Source: an uncultured Gemmatimonadales bacterium (GTDB taxonomy: Bacteria; Gemmatimonadota; Gemmatimonadetes; Longimicrobiales; RSA9). From it: a stretch of DNA of 64,000 bases. The stretch covers positions 576,001-640,000 of the forward strand of contig CAWAMW010000007.1 in assembly GCA_963783305.1 (NCBI GenBank), in the 5' to 3' direction. Below the pieces are notes generated by a model. The model ran no database searches, was not told where the DNA came from, and worked only from the letters and a program-made list of their open reading frames with translations. The translations under genes were made by a program, and so were the position numbers. Numbering within the stretch: the first letter of the stretch is position 1; each line of letters begins with the position of its first letter. Below, one piece after another: positions 20,335 to 28,880 of this stretch.

Positions 20335-22476
20335 TCAGAACGCCTGCCCCACGGCGATGTGGAGCGTGAAGCGGTCGATGTTCCATCGGCTCGGCTCCGC
20401 CGGCTGGAACGAGTCCGCCACCCGGATGAGGTCGCCCGTGGCTGCGTCCACCTCCAGCAGCGCGGCGCTCGGCGGGGGATACGGATTGTAGCCGATATCG
20501 ATCCGGGCGGGGCCCACGGGTGTCTGGATCCGCAGACCCGCGCCGGGAGTGACCCGCCATTGCGATGAGGCGTCCCAGAGGGGGGCCAGACCCACGGTGC
20601 CGGCATCCACGAACGCGGCGAGCCGCACCAGGTCGCGCAGGAAAGGCGACGGCAAGCGGGCCTCGGCGCTCAGGACCGCCACCGACGTGCCGCCGGTGGG
20701 GAAGAAGTCCACCGTGAGCGAATCCTCCATCAGGTACAGCCCCGGCCCGAGCGTCGACCGGTCGAAGCCGCGCACACTGGATGCGCCGCCGGCGAAGAAA
20801 CGCTCTTCCGGCGGGATGAAGTCGTTGGGCCCGAGCGTCGCCCGTGTCAGGAAGGTTCCCACCCGCGCGAATCCGGCTACCACCCAGCCTTTGCCGACCG
20901 AGTGGTACATGGCGCCCTCGCCGCTCAGTCGGAGGAAGTCGTAATCGGAGGCGAGGAGGGCGGTGCTCCAGGATGTGCTGGAGCGCAGGATGTAGCCCGA
21001 AGTGGGGTTCACCGTGCTGTTCGACCGATCGCGTATCCAGCTGGCCGATAGACCGTTACGCCAGCGGCCACCGGTGAACTGCGCGATGTCCCCGGCAGTG
21101 CAGGCGCGGAGCTCGAAGCAGTAGAGTACGGGGCGGCCCACGGTCGTCCGGTGCTCCCCCTCGATCGCCCCCGTCAGGAACTCGCCGGGCCCGAACCAAT
21201 GCGTCACGGCCACCCGCCCTCCGGTAGCGGTGCGCTGGAAGAGGTCGGGCTCCGATTGGCGCTCGGAGAACGCCGTCGCGATGACCTGGTTTCGGGGTGA
21301 AAGGAAGTACGGCTGGGTGAAATCGACGCCCACCCGATAGTCCACGTTGGTCGCGATCTCGCGATCGGCGCCTCGGGAGCAGAGCGATCCCTGCAGTCCG
21401 GAAACGGGGTCGCCGAGCCCGATCCTGCTCACGGCGCCGCGGACGGTGACCTGGCGACCCCCGCCGAGCACGCTTCGGTCCGTCCACTGCCCATGCCCCC
21501 CGAAGCAGTCCACGCTGCCGAAGCTCACGCCTGCCTCCACCACGTATTCCGCCGCCTCCGAGATGGACACCCGCACCGTGGCGGTGGTGCTGTCCTCGGG
21601 TGTCAACTGGACCGAATCGGCTGCCACGGCCACGGCCGCGAACCGAACCAGGTTCAGCTCATAGAGATTTCTCTGGCTCAGCCGCAGGTCGCTCAACCTC
21701 AGCAGGTCGTTCTCCTCAAAGACCATCTGCCGCAGGACGTCCGTCCGCCCCAGCTCCTGCAGCCCGCTCACAATGATCGAGTCCACCACGACACGAGGAC
21801 CCGGCACCGCAATCAGCCAGACCGTGGCCCGGTCCTGGATCGTGTCCACCGCATAGTTCCGCAGTACCTCCGCGTATGCATGCCCACGACGCCGCAGCGC
21901 CTCCGTCACGGTGTCCGCCGACGCCAGGAACTCGTTCAGGTCGAATAGATTTCCTGCCTGAAGCGGTAGCACCGCCTCCAGAGAGTCGGGGTCCGCGATC
22001 CCCTCGGTGCCCTCCACCACCACGGAGTCCATGACGATCCCATCCCCACGTTCCACCACGAACCGGAACCGCACCGCATCGCCCTCGGGCATATCCTCGA
22101 TCTCCGGGACGACCCGCGTCCCGAAATAGCCGTTCTGACGGTAGAGCGCCGCCAGCCGCGCCAGGTCCGAGCCCACCTGCCGCATATCTACCCGACCCGT
22201 CCGCCGACCCCAGTCCGTGCCGGGGAAGCAGAAGGGCAGGAATCCAAGGAGTGAGCAGCCCGTCTCGCGGGTTTCCGTGAGCGCGTCGAGGGAATCGTCG
22301 GTGAACGGCGCCGGGTCGACGAACGTGAGCTCTGCGATCTCACGTCCCTGGTACTCCTCCACCTGCGGATACAGCTCGGCGACCCGCGGCTGGGCGCACG
22401 CCGCCATACCCGCCACGGCGGCGATCGCGAGCAGCGCCCACCGCCGTACGCGTGTCGCGTTGATCGGTCGCTCCAT
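20335..22476 (-). CDS. Omp85 family (TamA/BamA-like) outer-membrane protein, possibly lipidated
   Basis: POTRA-like LY...GY and L...GH..A segments, FFAGGASSVRGF, FVDAG, G.GLR..TPVGP.R.D, C-terminal GQAF; signal peptide ending MAAC. Confidence 0.88.
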   Translation of the reverse strand: MERPINATRVRRWALLAIAAVAGMAACAQPRVAELYPQVEEYQGREIAELTFVDPAPFTDDSLDALTETRETGCSLLGFLPFCFPGTDWGRRTGRVDMRQVGSDLARLAALYRQNGYFGTRVVPEIEDMPEGDAVRFRFVVERGDGIVMDSVVVEGTEGIADPDSLEAVLPLQAGNLFDLNEFLASADTVTEALRRRGHAYAEVLRNYAVDTIQDRATVWLIAVPGPRVVVDSIIVSGLQELGRTDVLRQMVFEENDLLRLSDLRLSQRNLYELNLVRFAAVAVAADSVQLTPEDSTTATVRVSISEAAEYVVEAGVSFGSVDCFGGHGQWTDRSVLGGGRQVTVRGAVSRIGLGDPVSGLQGSLCSRGADREIATNVDYRVGVDFTQPYFLSPRNQVIATAFSERQSEPDLFQRTATGGRVAVTHWFGPGEFLTGAIEGEHRTTVGRPVLYCFELRACTAGDIAQFTGGRWRNGLSASWIRDRSNSTVNPTSGYILRSSTSWSTALLASDYDFLRLSGEGAMYHSVGKGWVVAGFARVGTFLTRATLGPNDFIPPEERFFAGGASSVRGFDRSTLGPGLYLMEDSLTVDFFPTGGTSVAVLSAEARLPSPFLRDLVRLAAFVDAGTVGLAPLWDASSQWRVTPGAGLRIQTPVGPARIDIGYNPYPPPSAALLEVDAATGDLIRVADSFQPAEPSRWNIDRFTLHIAVGQAF

Positions 22477-22517
22477 CAGACCCCGTTCATCATTCAAATT
22501 GACACAGCTCGCGAGCT

Positions 22518-22533
22518 TGCAATCCGTACGCCA
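22518..22533 (-). promoter_or_regulatory. Putative sigma54 (-24/-12) promoter of the tamA-tamB pair
   Basis: Minus strand TGGCGT-ACGGA-TTGCA with exact GG-N10-GC spacing, 41 bp upstream of ATG 22476. Confidence 0.55.
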
Positions 22534-22625
22534 TTCCCCGCCAGAGGTGCGGTCGCTGGTACCGATCTTGCCCCAGCCGACCCCGTCCACTTCCAAAGCA
22601 GAAGACCGGGACCAGAGCCGATATC

Positions 22626-24530
22626 GTGACCCTTCGCACCCTCCCACTGCCGCGCTTGACCACACCGGCCCTGACCCTCGCCATCCTCCTGCTCGGAGGA
22701 TGCGGAGATCCCGCCGCAGAGCCACGCTCCGAGCCGGGATCCCGTTCTTTCGGCACGCCGGAACCGACCTTCCCTACCGTCTCCGACACCCTTCTCGCCG
22801 CGGGCGCCGACACCGAGTGGCCCACCCACGGCGGAGATCTGATGAACCACCGATTCTCGCCGCTTCAGCAGGTTGATGCCGCCTCCATCTCCGAGCTCGT
22901 GCCCGTCTGGATACACTCCACGGGGATCGAGGGAGCGCTTGAAACTACACCGATCGTGGTGGGGAACACCATGTATGTCACCACCGCCGGTGGCCGGGTT
23001 CTCGCCCTGAACGCCGCGACGGGCGAAGAGCTATGGCGTTTCGAGCCGGAGATCGCCGCGGCCACCCTCTGTTGCGGCCCTACGAACGATGGCGTAGCTG
23101 TTTATGGCGACATGGTTTACGTCGCATCACTTGACGCAAAGCTTTATGCGCTCAACGCCCGCACAGGACAACCGGCGTGGCAGGCGACGCTCGCCGACCC
23201 CGCCCAGGGCTACAGCGCCACCATGGCGCCACTGGCGGTGCAGGGGAGGGTGTACGTGGGCGTCGGCGGCGAGCGGTATGGGATCCGCGGTTTTCTCGCG
23301 GCGTTCAATGCGCGCTCCGGTGAGGAGCTCTGGCGTTGGCATACGATCCCGTCGCCCGAGCAGGGGGGCTGGTGGGGGGAGTGGAGCGAGACCGACCCGT
23401 TCGGCACGCCGCTCAATCGCGATATGGGGGCCGAGCTCGCCGACAGTTCGGCGTGGCCCGGAAGCTGGGGAGTGGGAGGCGGTGGCATTGCGACCAACCC
23501 CGCCTACGACGCGGCTTCCAACCGGATCTACATCAACGTTGAAGGTCCGGCACCCCTCATCGCGGGCGGCGCTCGCCCGGGGGACAACCTGTATACCGGG
23601 AGCATCGTCGCGCTCGATGCCGCCACCGGGGAGAAGGTCTGGCACGCGCAGTACCTGCCGCACGACACCTGGGGGCTGGCAGGAGGGAGCCCCCCATTCC
23701 TGTTCGACCGCGGGGGGGAGCGCTACGTGGGCTTCGCAGGCCGAACCGGCTGGGTCTACGTGTTCGCGGCGGACACCGGGGACCCCGTGCTTCGGTCCGA
23801 CAACTTCGTGCCGCAGGAGTCCCTCTTTGCGCCTCCCACCGAGGAGGGTGCCGTGCGCGTGGCGCCGGGCGCCAATGGTGGCAATCCGGGCACAGGCGTC
23901 GCGTACGATCCCACCTCGGGAGTCGTCTTCGTCGGGGGTGTGCACCAGCCCATGGTGTACACACGCGGAGCCGACGGCTATCAGCCAGGGCGGCTCTGGC
24001 TGGGGGGAGAGCTGAGATATCCGCCCGATGATCCGCAGTGGGGCACGATCTCGGCCATCGACCTGGCCGATGGCCGGATCCGCTGGCAGAGGCGCACCCC
24101 CGCGCCCGCTCATTCGGCCGTCCTGACCACGGCCGGCGGCCTGGTCTTCGTAGGGCAGGGGAACGGGACGTTCGACGCCTTCGACGCGAGCAGTGGCCAG
24201 CTGCTCTGGCAGTTCGAGATGGGCGCAGGCGTCCACGGCGGTCCCATCACATATCGCGTCGGTGATGTGCAGTACGTCGTCGCCACGGCGGGCGGCAGCT
24301 TTCACTTCGACACCGCACCCGGAGACGAGATCGTCGCCTTCGCACTCGCATCCAGGAGACCGCAGAGAGGCGTAACCGACTACGGGACGCCAGAATACGA
24401 TCGTAACGGCCCCACCTCGGGCGGCCAGAGCGGGGTCCGGCAGCTGGCGCCAGAACCCTCCAGCGGAACCCCCGCTTCCGTCGCCGACACCACCTCCCGC
24501 GGCGTTGACGCCGGAGAGCCCCCGCGGTAA
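22626..24530 (+). CDS. PQQ-dependent dehydrogenase-like beta-propeller lipoprotein with degenerate active site
   Basis: Lipobox LGGC, W...GG....R.SPL.Q, ETTPIV, vicinal CC (LCCGP), RPGDNLY, repeated A.D..TG...W blades; HDTWGL replaces the canonical HDxWD(Y/F). Confidence 0.82.
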   Translation: MTLRTLPLPRLTTPALTLAILLLGGCGDPAAEPRSEPGSRSFGTPEPTFPTVSDTLLAAGADTEWPTHGGDLMNHRFSPLQQVDAASISELVPVWIHSTGIEGALETTPIVVGNTMYVTTAGGRVLALNAATGEELWRFEPEIAAATLCCGPTNDGVAVYGDMVYVASLDAKLYALNARTGQPAWQATLADPAQGYSATMAPLAVQGRVYVGVGGERYGIRGFLAAFNARSGEELWRWHTIPSPEQGGWWGEWSETDPFGTPLNRDMGAELADSSAWPGSWGVGGGGIATNPAYDAASNRIYINVEGPAPLIAGGARPGDNLYTGSIVALDAATGEKVWHAQYLPHDTWGLAGGSPPFLFDRGGERYVGFAGRTGWVYVFAADTGDPVLRSDNFVPQESLFAPPTEEGAVRVAPGANGGNPGTGVAYDPTSGVVFVGGVHQPMVYTRGADGYQPGRLWLGGELRYPPDDPQWGTISAIDLADGRIRWQRRTPAPAHSAVLTTAGGLVFVGQGNGTFDAFDASSGQLLWQFEMGAGVHGGPITYRVGDVQYVVATAGGSFHFDTAPGDEIVAFALASRRPQRGVTDYGTPEYDRNGPTSGGQSGVRQLAPEPSSGTPASVADTTSRGVDAGEPPR

Positions 24531-24599
24531 CTTCCCGCCCTCGTTGCAGGTTGCCGGCCCCCCAGGGGCACGGCCCGTCTTTCGTTCAGCTCAACATCC

Positions 24600-25355
24600 A
24601 TGGCAAAACACCCGACTTCCTCTCGCGTGCACCGGGAGGAAAAAGCCCCGGATGACGCCTTCGTGGCCACCATCAAGCGCGGCTATACCTGGGGACGCGA
24701 GAACCGCCGCATCCTAGCGGTGGTCCTGGCTATCCTGCTCGTCGCCGCGATCGGCACATTCTGGTTCGTGTCGCAGCAGCGGCAGCTGGAATCCCAGGCC
24801 GCCGCCCGGCTCAACGAGGTCCAGCAGAGCGTCGCCAGTGGCAATCCGCAGCTCGCCATTCGCGACCTCCAGTCCTACCTCGATCGATTCGGCAGCACCA
24901 AGACCGCCGACCAGGCCCGCCTCGTGCTCGCCAGCATCCTCATCGAGCAGGAGCAGATCCAGGAGGCCATTGCCGCCCTCGGCGATCTCCCGGACGACCT
25001 GGACACACCCTTCGGACTCGCCGCGGCACGCCTCAAGGCGGCCGCCTACGAGGAGGGCGGGGACACCGACCAGGCCGTAAGCACCCACCTCCGAATAGCG
25101 GACAGCGCACGCTTCCCGTACGAGCGCCGTGAAGCCCTCTCCGATGCGGCACGCCTGCGCATGCAGAACGGCGAGCCCGGACGCGCGGCGGACCTCTACC
25201 AGCGCGTCGTATCCATGTTCGACGAGGACGCACCGGAACGCGGGTACTACGAGGTCTGGCTCGCGGAGGCCCAGGCCGCCGCCGAAGAGGGCGCGCCCGC
25301 TCCCACCCGGCCCGCAGATACCGCCGCTACCGCCCCAGAAACTCCCGCCAACTGA
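24600..25355 (+). CDS. Membrane-anchored TPR protein (YfgM-like)
   Basis: Short cytoplasmic N-terminus, single TM (ILAVVLAILLVAAIG), helical TPR-like repeats (A.L.LA, A...Y..V). Confidence 0.72.
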   Translation: MAKHPTSSRVHREEKAPDDAFVATIKRGYTWGRENRRILAVVLAILLVAAIGTFWFVSQQRQLESQAAARLNEVQQSVASGNPQLAIRDLQSYLDRFGSTKTADQARLVLASILIEQEQIQEAIAALGDLPDDLDTPFGLAAARLKAAAYEEGGDTDQAVSTHLRIADSARFPYERREALSDAARLRMQNGEPGRAADLYQRVVSMFDEDAPERGYYEVWLAEAQAAAEEGAPAPTRPADTAATAPETPAN

Positions 25356-25408
25356 ACCGGCGACGGTGAGACCTGCGCCCAACCAGGCGCTCATCGGTTT
25401 CGGAGCTC

Positions 25409-25445
25409 GAAAAGAGCCGACCACCCAGCGTGGTCGGCTCTTTTC
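25409..25445. terminator. Bidirectional intrinsic terminator
   Basis: GAAAAGAGCCGACCAC-CCAGC-GTGGTCGGCTCTTTTC, a perfect 16-bp inverted repeat with A/T tails, between convergent genes. Confidence 0.88.
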
Positions 25446-25461
25446 TTTACGTACGTCCGGT

Positions 25462-25493
25462 GGGCAGGGGTCCCGGCAGGGGTCCGGGCAGGG
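25462..25493 (+). repeat. Three tandem KOPS-like octamers with 12-bp period
   Basis: GGGCAGGG (25462), CGGCAGGG (25474), GGGCAGGG (25486); matches the FtsK-orienting GGGNAGGG motif and points toward dif. Confidence 0.7.
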
Positions 25494-25551
25494 CTGTGGG
25501 CGGCGATCCGGCATACGATCCGCTCGAGGCCCCGATCCTGTCCCGAACACC

Positions 25552-25579
25552 ACTTCGCATAATAAACATTATGTAAACC
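25552..25579 (+). other. dif: dif-like XerC/XerD chromosome dimer resolution site
   Basis: ACTTCGCATAA-TAAACA-TTATGTAAACC, 11-6-11 architecture resembling E. coli GGTGCGCATAA-TGTATA-TTATGTTAAAT and B. subtilis ACTTCCTAGAA-TATATA-TTATGTAAACT. AT-rich, intergenic, at the gene-orientation switch. Confidence 0.88.
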
Positions 25580-25615
25580 TGCGGGAGAACTGGCCCCAGT
25601 TACAGGCCGTCGGAA

Positions 25616-26242
25616 CTACGCTCCAGCCCCCCGCTCTACGCCGGCCAGTCCCGCCAGGCGCCTCATCAGCACTTCACGGGTCGCGTCGAGGGCGTCCTCC
25701 CGATCGGAGCGGCGATCGAGCTTCGGAAAGCGGATGGGCTCACCGACCCGAATGCGCACCGCACCGCGTCGGGGTCGGCTCCAGCGCGGCCAGACTTCGT
25801 AGGCGCCGCCGATTCCACACGGCACCACGGGCACGCCGGCTTTGAGGATGAGGCGGACGGTTCCGAGTCGCGGCGGCTGGAGCCGCCCATCCCAGCTACG
25901 CTCCCCTTCGATGTAGATCCCCACGCCATGGCCGTCCTGGAGGTGCCGCAGCGCGATGCGCACCGCCTGGGGGTCGACCTCGAAGCGGCGGACGGGAAAC
26001 GACTTGAGGCGCTTCAGGAGCGGTCCCGTGATCGGGTTCGAGAACTCCGTGCTCTTGGCCATGGTGTACATGGGCCGGCGCACGACCGCCTGAATGAGGA
26101 TGGGATCGAGGTAGCTCTGGTGGTTCGCGATCAGGAGGAACGGCCCACTACCGGGGATGTGCTCCAGCCCTTCCACGTGGAGGGATCCCACCACGGGCCA
26201 GAACGTACGCACGAAGCGCTGGGCGAAGCGATAGAAGCTCAT
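25616..26242 (-). CDS. Lysophospholipid (1-acyl-glycerol-3-phosphate) acyltransferase, PlsC family
   Basis: NHQSYLD (HxxxxD), FPVRR, YIEGERS (FPEGxRS-like), PVVP. Start ATG 26242. Confidence 0.88.
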   Translation of the reverse strand: MSFYRFAQRFVRTFWPVVGSLHVEGLEHIPGSGPFLLIANHQSYLDPILIQAVVRRPMYTMAKSTEFSNPITGPLLKRLKSFPVRRFEVDPQAVRIALRHLQDGHGVGIYIEGERSWDGRLQPPRLGTVRLILKAGVPVVPCGIGGAYEVWPRWSRPRRGAVRIRVGEPIRFPKLDRRSDREDALDATREVLMRRLAGLAGVERGAGA

Positions 26243-26838
26243 CGCGCGACGATCCGGGGCTGGAACTCCTGGATCTCTCCCCTGCCCGTCCGCCCGTAGA
26301 AATCCCGAAGCGCGGCCCGAAGGACCCGTTCCCAGAGATAGAGGGCGTCGTCGCGGAAACGGAAGGAGGTGAGGGGTGCGTCGCGTCGCTTCAGCTGCAG
26401 GCTCCTGGAGCTCGTCTGGACGGCCGTGAGCGTCTCCAGAGGCCAATCCTCCGAGCCCGGGCGGTCCCCCCCTTCCCTCTCGACGATCAAGCGATCGGCG
26501 GTGAGGCGCAGCGAGCCCGGCACGGGGTCTCCGAGGACCTCGACGCGGTTGAGGTAACCGGCGTCCCCGGTCACGACGTCATCGCGTACGACTTCGCGGA
26601 TCTCCGCCCTGGCGGCGCGGATGGGGTCGGAGGCGAGGAGCGACGCGGGGTCGGGCAGGCGCGCCAGCCATTCGGCTGCGGAGCCCACCTGTTCGGTTCC
26701 GTTGGGCTGGTGCGCAACGATGGTGGCGTGGGCGCCGCGTCGGAAAGCGGTGCCGCACTTCCTGCACGAGTCCCCTTCCAGGAGCGCTCGGTCCTCGCCG
26801 CAGAGGGGGCAGGCCCAGAGGAGGTTGGAGAGGGGCAT
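26239..26838 (-). CDS. Hypothetical protein with N-terminal zinc ribbon (CxxC...CxxC)
   Basis: LLWACPLCG...CRKCG; stop overlaps the plsC-like start (ATGA). Confidence 0.65.
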   Translation of the reverse strand: MPLSNLLWACPLCGEDRALLEGDSCRKCGTAFRRGAHATIVAHQPNGTEQVGSAAEWLARLPDPASLLASDPIRAARAEIREVVRDDVVTGDAGYLNRVEVLGDPVPGSLRLTADRLIVEREGGDRPGSEDWPLETLTAVQTSSRSLQLKRRDAPLTSFRFRDDALYLWERVLRAALRDFYGRTGRGEIQEFQPRIVAR

Positions 26839-26842
26839 GGCG

Positions 26843-27574
26843 CTAGAGCCGGCCCACGAGGTCCGTGAACCGCAGTGTCCAGACGCGCCAGACGGCTTCG
26901 AAGATGATCCGGTTGGACATCTTGGACTCGCCCAGGTCCCGGTCCGCGAACACGATGGGGATTTCGCCGAGCGAGAATCCTTTCCGCCACGCGCGGAGGC
27001 TCATCTCGATCTGGAAGGAGTAGCCTTCGGACCCGACGCGCTCCAGATCGATCCCCTCCAACGCCTTGCGGCGGAAGCACTTGAACCCGCTCGTCGCATC
27101 CGACACTGGAAGTCGGGTGATGACGCGGGCGTACTGGTTGGCGAACCACGACAGCAGCAGCCGGCTCATGGGCCAGTTGATGACGGTGACGCGCCCGTGG
27201 AGGTAGCGGGATCCCAGGACGACATCGTAGTCCCGGAGCGCATCCAGGAACTCCGGCAGGTGCGAAGGATCGTGGGAGAAGTCGGCGTCCATCTCGAACA
27301 CGGCGTCATAGCCGTGGGCGAGAGCCCAGCGAAACCCCTCGATGTAGGCGGTGCCGAGCCCGAGCTTCCCCTCGCGGTGCAGGACGTGGAGGCGGGGCTC
27401 GTCCGCGGCGATGCGGTCGGCGGTCTCGCCGGTGCCGTCGGGCGAGGCATCGTCGATGATGAGCACATCGAGGCGCTCATCCTGGCCGAGGATGAGGGGC
27501 ACGAGACGGGGCAGATTCTCCCGCTCGTTGTAGGTGGGAACGACCACCAGCGCCCGCTCCAGCTTGTACGCCAT
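26843..27574 (-). CDS. Polyprenol monophosphomannose synthase-like GT2 (Dpm1/Ppm1)
   Basis: VPTYNEREN, DDASPDGT, KLGLGTAY, MDADFSHDP, GY.FQIEM, GESKMS. Confidence 0.9.
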   Translation of the reverse strand: MAYKLERALVVVPTYNERENLPRLVPLILGQDERLDVLIIDDASPDGTGETADRIAADEPRLHVLHREGKLGLGTAYIEGFRWALAHGYDAVFEMDADFSHDPSHLPEFLDALRDYDVVLGSRYLHGRVTVINWPMSRLLLSWFANQYARVITRLPVSDATSGFKCFRRKALEGIDLERVGSEGYSFQIEMSLRAWRKGFSLGEIPIVFADRDLGESKMSNRIIFEAVWRVWTLRFTDLVGRL

Positions 27575-27580
27575 TCATCC

Positions 27581-27609
27581 TTGAAGTTGGGTGCACCGCC
27601 CACTAGGTT
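27581..27609 (+). promoter_or_regulatory. Putative sigma70 promoter for the GT4-MTase-yfhO-flippase operon
   Basis: TTGAAG-17 bp-TAGGTT upstream of GTG 27651. Confidence 0.45.
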
Positions 27610-27650
27610 GCGGCGTCCCCGAAAGTACCCCCTCGCCGAGCCCCCTTCAA

Positions 27651-28880
27651 GTGAAGGTTCTCTACATCGTCACGGCGTACGACCGGCATTCCGGCGATGG
27701 CATTACGCCGTGGCTGGTGGAGACGATCCATCGGCTGCGCCGGGTGGGGGTGGAGGTAGAGGTGCTGGCGCCGGCGTACCGCGGGCTCGGGAGCCAGACG
27801 GTGGACGGTGTGACGGTTCACCGGTTCCGTTACGCCCCCTCCCGGATCGAGAGCCTCACGCACGACCAGACCACACCGGACCGGATCCGAGAGCGCCCTC
27901 TCTACCTGGCGCTCGTTCCCGGCTATCTCGCTTCGGCCGCTCTGACCGCGCGGCGCCTGGCCCGGAGCGGTCGCTTCGACGTGGTCCACGTCCACTGGCC
28001 TCTGCCCCACGTCCTGCCCGGCTGGGCGGCCCGCGCGGCCGGCCGGATCCCGCTGGTGGTCACCTTCCATGGCGTGGAGCTCACGTTCGCCCGCAGCGCC
28101 CCGGTCCCCTTCCTTCGATCGCTCCTCCGCCGCGCCATCCGGACGGCGGACGCGGTCACCGCCAACTCGACCTACACCGCGGGCCTCATCCATGAGCTCT
28201 ACGAGCGCCCCGTGGAGATCATCCCGTTCGGGAGCACGGTGAAGGCCCCCAATGCCCCCGAGGCCCCCGTCCGCCCGCTCCAACCGGGTGCGAGCGCGTC
28301 CGAGCGGCCTTTCCGACTGCTGTTCGTGGGCCGGCTGGTCGAGCGAAAAGGGGTCCACTATCTTCTCGACGCGCTCGGGGCGGTGCGGGAGCGGGTCGAG
28401 GTCCGTCTCGACGTGGTGGGAGAGGGGTCCATGCGGCGCGCACTGGAGGAGCGGGCGTCCTCGCTGGGCCTTCGGCACCACGTGACCTTCCACGGCTTCG
28501 TCTCGGACGACGAGCTGGCCGAGCGCTACCGGAGCGCCGACGCTTTCGTTCTCCCCGCCACGTACGACGCCAAGGGCGACGTGGAGGGGCTGGGCGTCGT
28601 GCTGATCGAGGCGGCGGGTTTCGGCCTGCCGCTCATCGGTACGGCCGCTGGGGGCATCCCGGACATCGTGAAGCACGACGAGACCGGACTGCTCGTGCCA
28701 CCCGGGGACGTGGAGGCGCTGGCGGAGGCCGTGGAGGCGCTGGCCGTGGACCGTGAGCGGAGCCGCGCCCTGGGGCGGGGAGCGCGGGAGCACGTCGAGC
28801 GCTCGTTCTCATGGGACCGTATCGTTCAATCGCTGAAGCGCCTGTACCAGGATCTGAAGGGGACGGATGGGACTGACTGA
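27651..28880 (+). CDS. GT4 family glycosyltransferase
   Basis: KVLYIVT..., HVHW, TFHG, FVGRLVERKG, EGLGVVLIEA (E-x7-E), GGIPDIV. Confidence 0.9.
   Translation: MKVLYIVTAYDRHSGDGITPWLVETIHRLRRVGVEVEVLAPAYRGLGSQTVDGVTVHRFRYAPSRIESLTHDQTTPDRIRERPLYLALVPGYLASAALTARRLARSGRFDVVHVHWPLPHVLPGWAARAAGRIPLVVTFHGVELTFARSAPVPFLRSLLRRAIRTADAVTANSTYTAGLIHELYERPVEIIPFGSTVKAPNAPEAPVRPLQPGASASERPFRLLFVGRLVERKGVHYLLDALGAVRERVEVRLDVVGEGSMRRALEERASSLGLRHHVTFHGFVSDDELAERYRSADAFVLPATYDAKGDVEGLGVVLIEAAGFGLPLIGTAAGGIPDIVKHDETGLLVPPGDVEALAEAVEALAVDRERSRALGRGAREHVERSFSWDRIVQSLKRLYQDLKGTDGTD

Noticed and set aside
22626..24530. Lanthanide-dependent XoxF/ExaF-type dehydrogenase
   Set aside because: The D-x-D lanthanide/catalytic motif is absent (HDTWGLA).
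25354..25403. Imperfect hairpin upstream of the bidirectional terminator as an ncRNA
   Set aside because: Short GC-rich pairing (CGGTGAG/CTCATCG, CCTG/CAGG) with no family I recognise; cannot be supported without covariation analysis.
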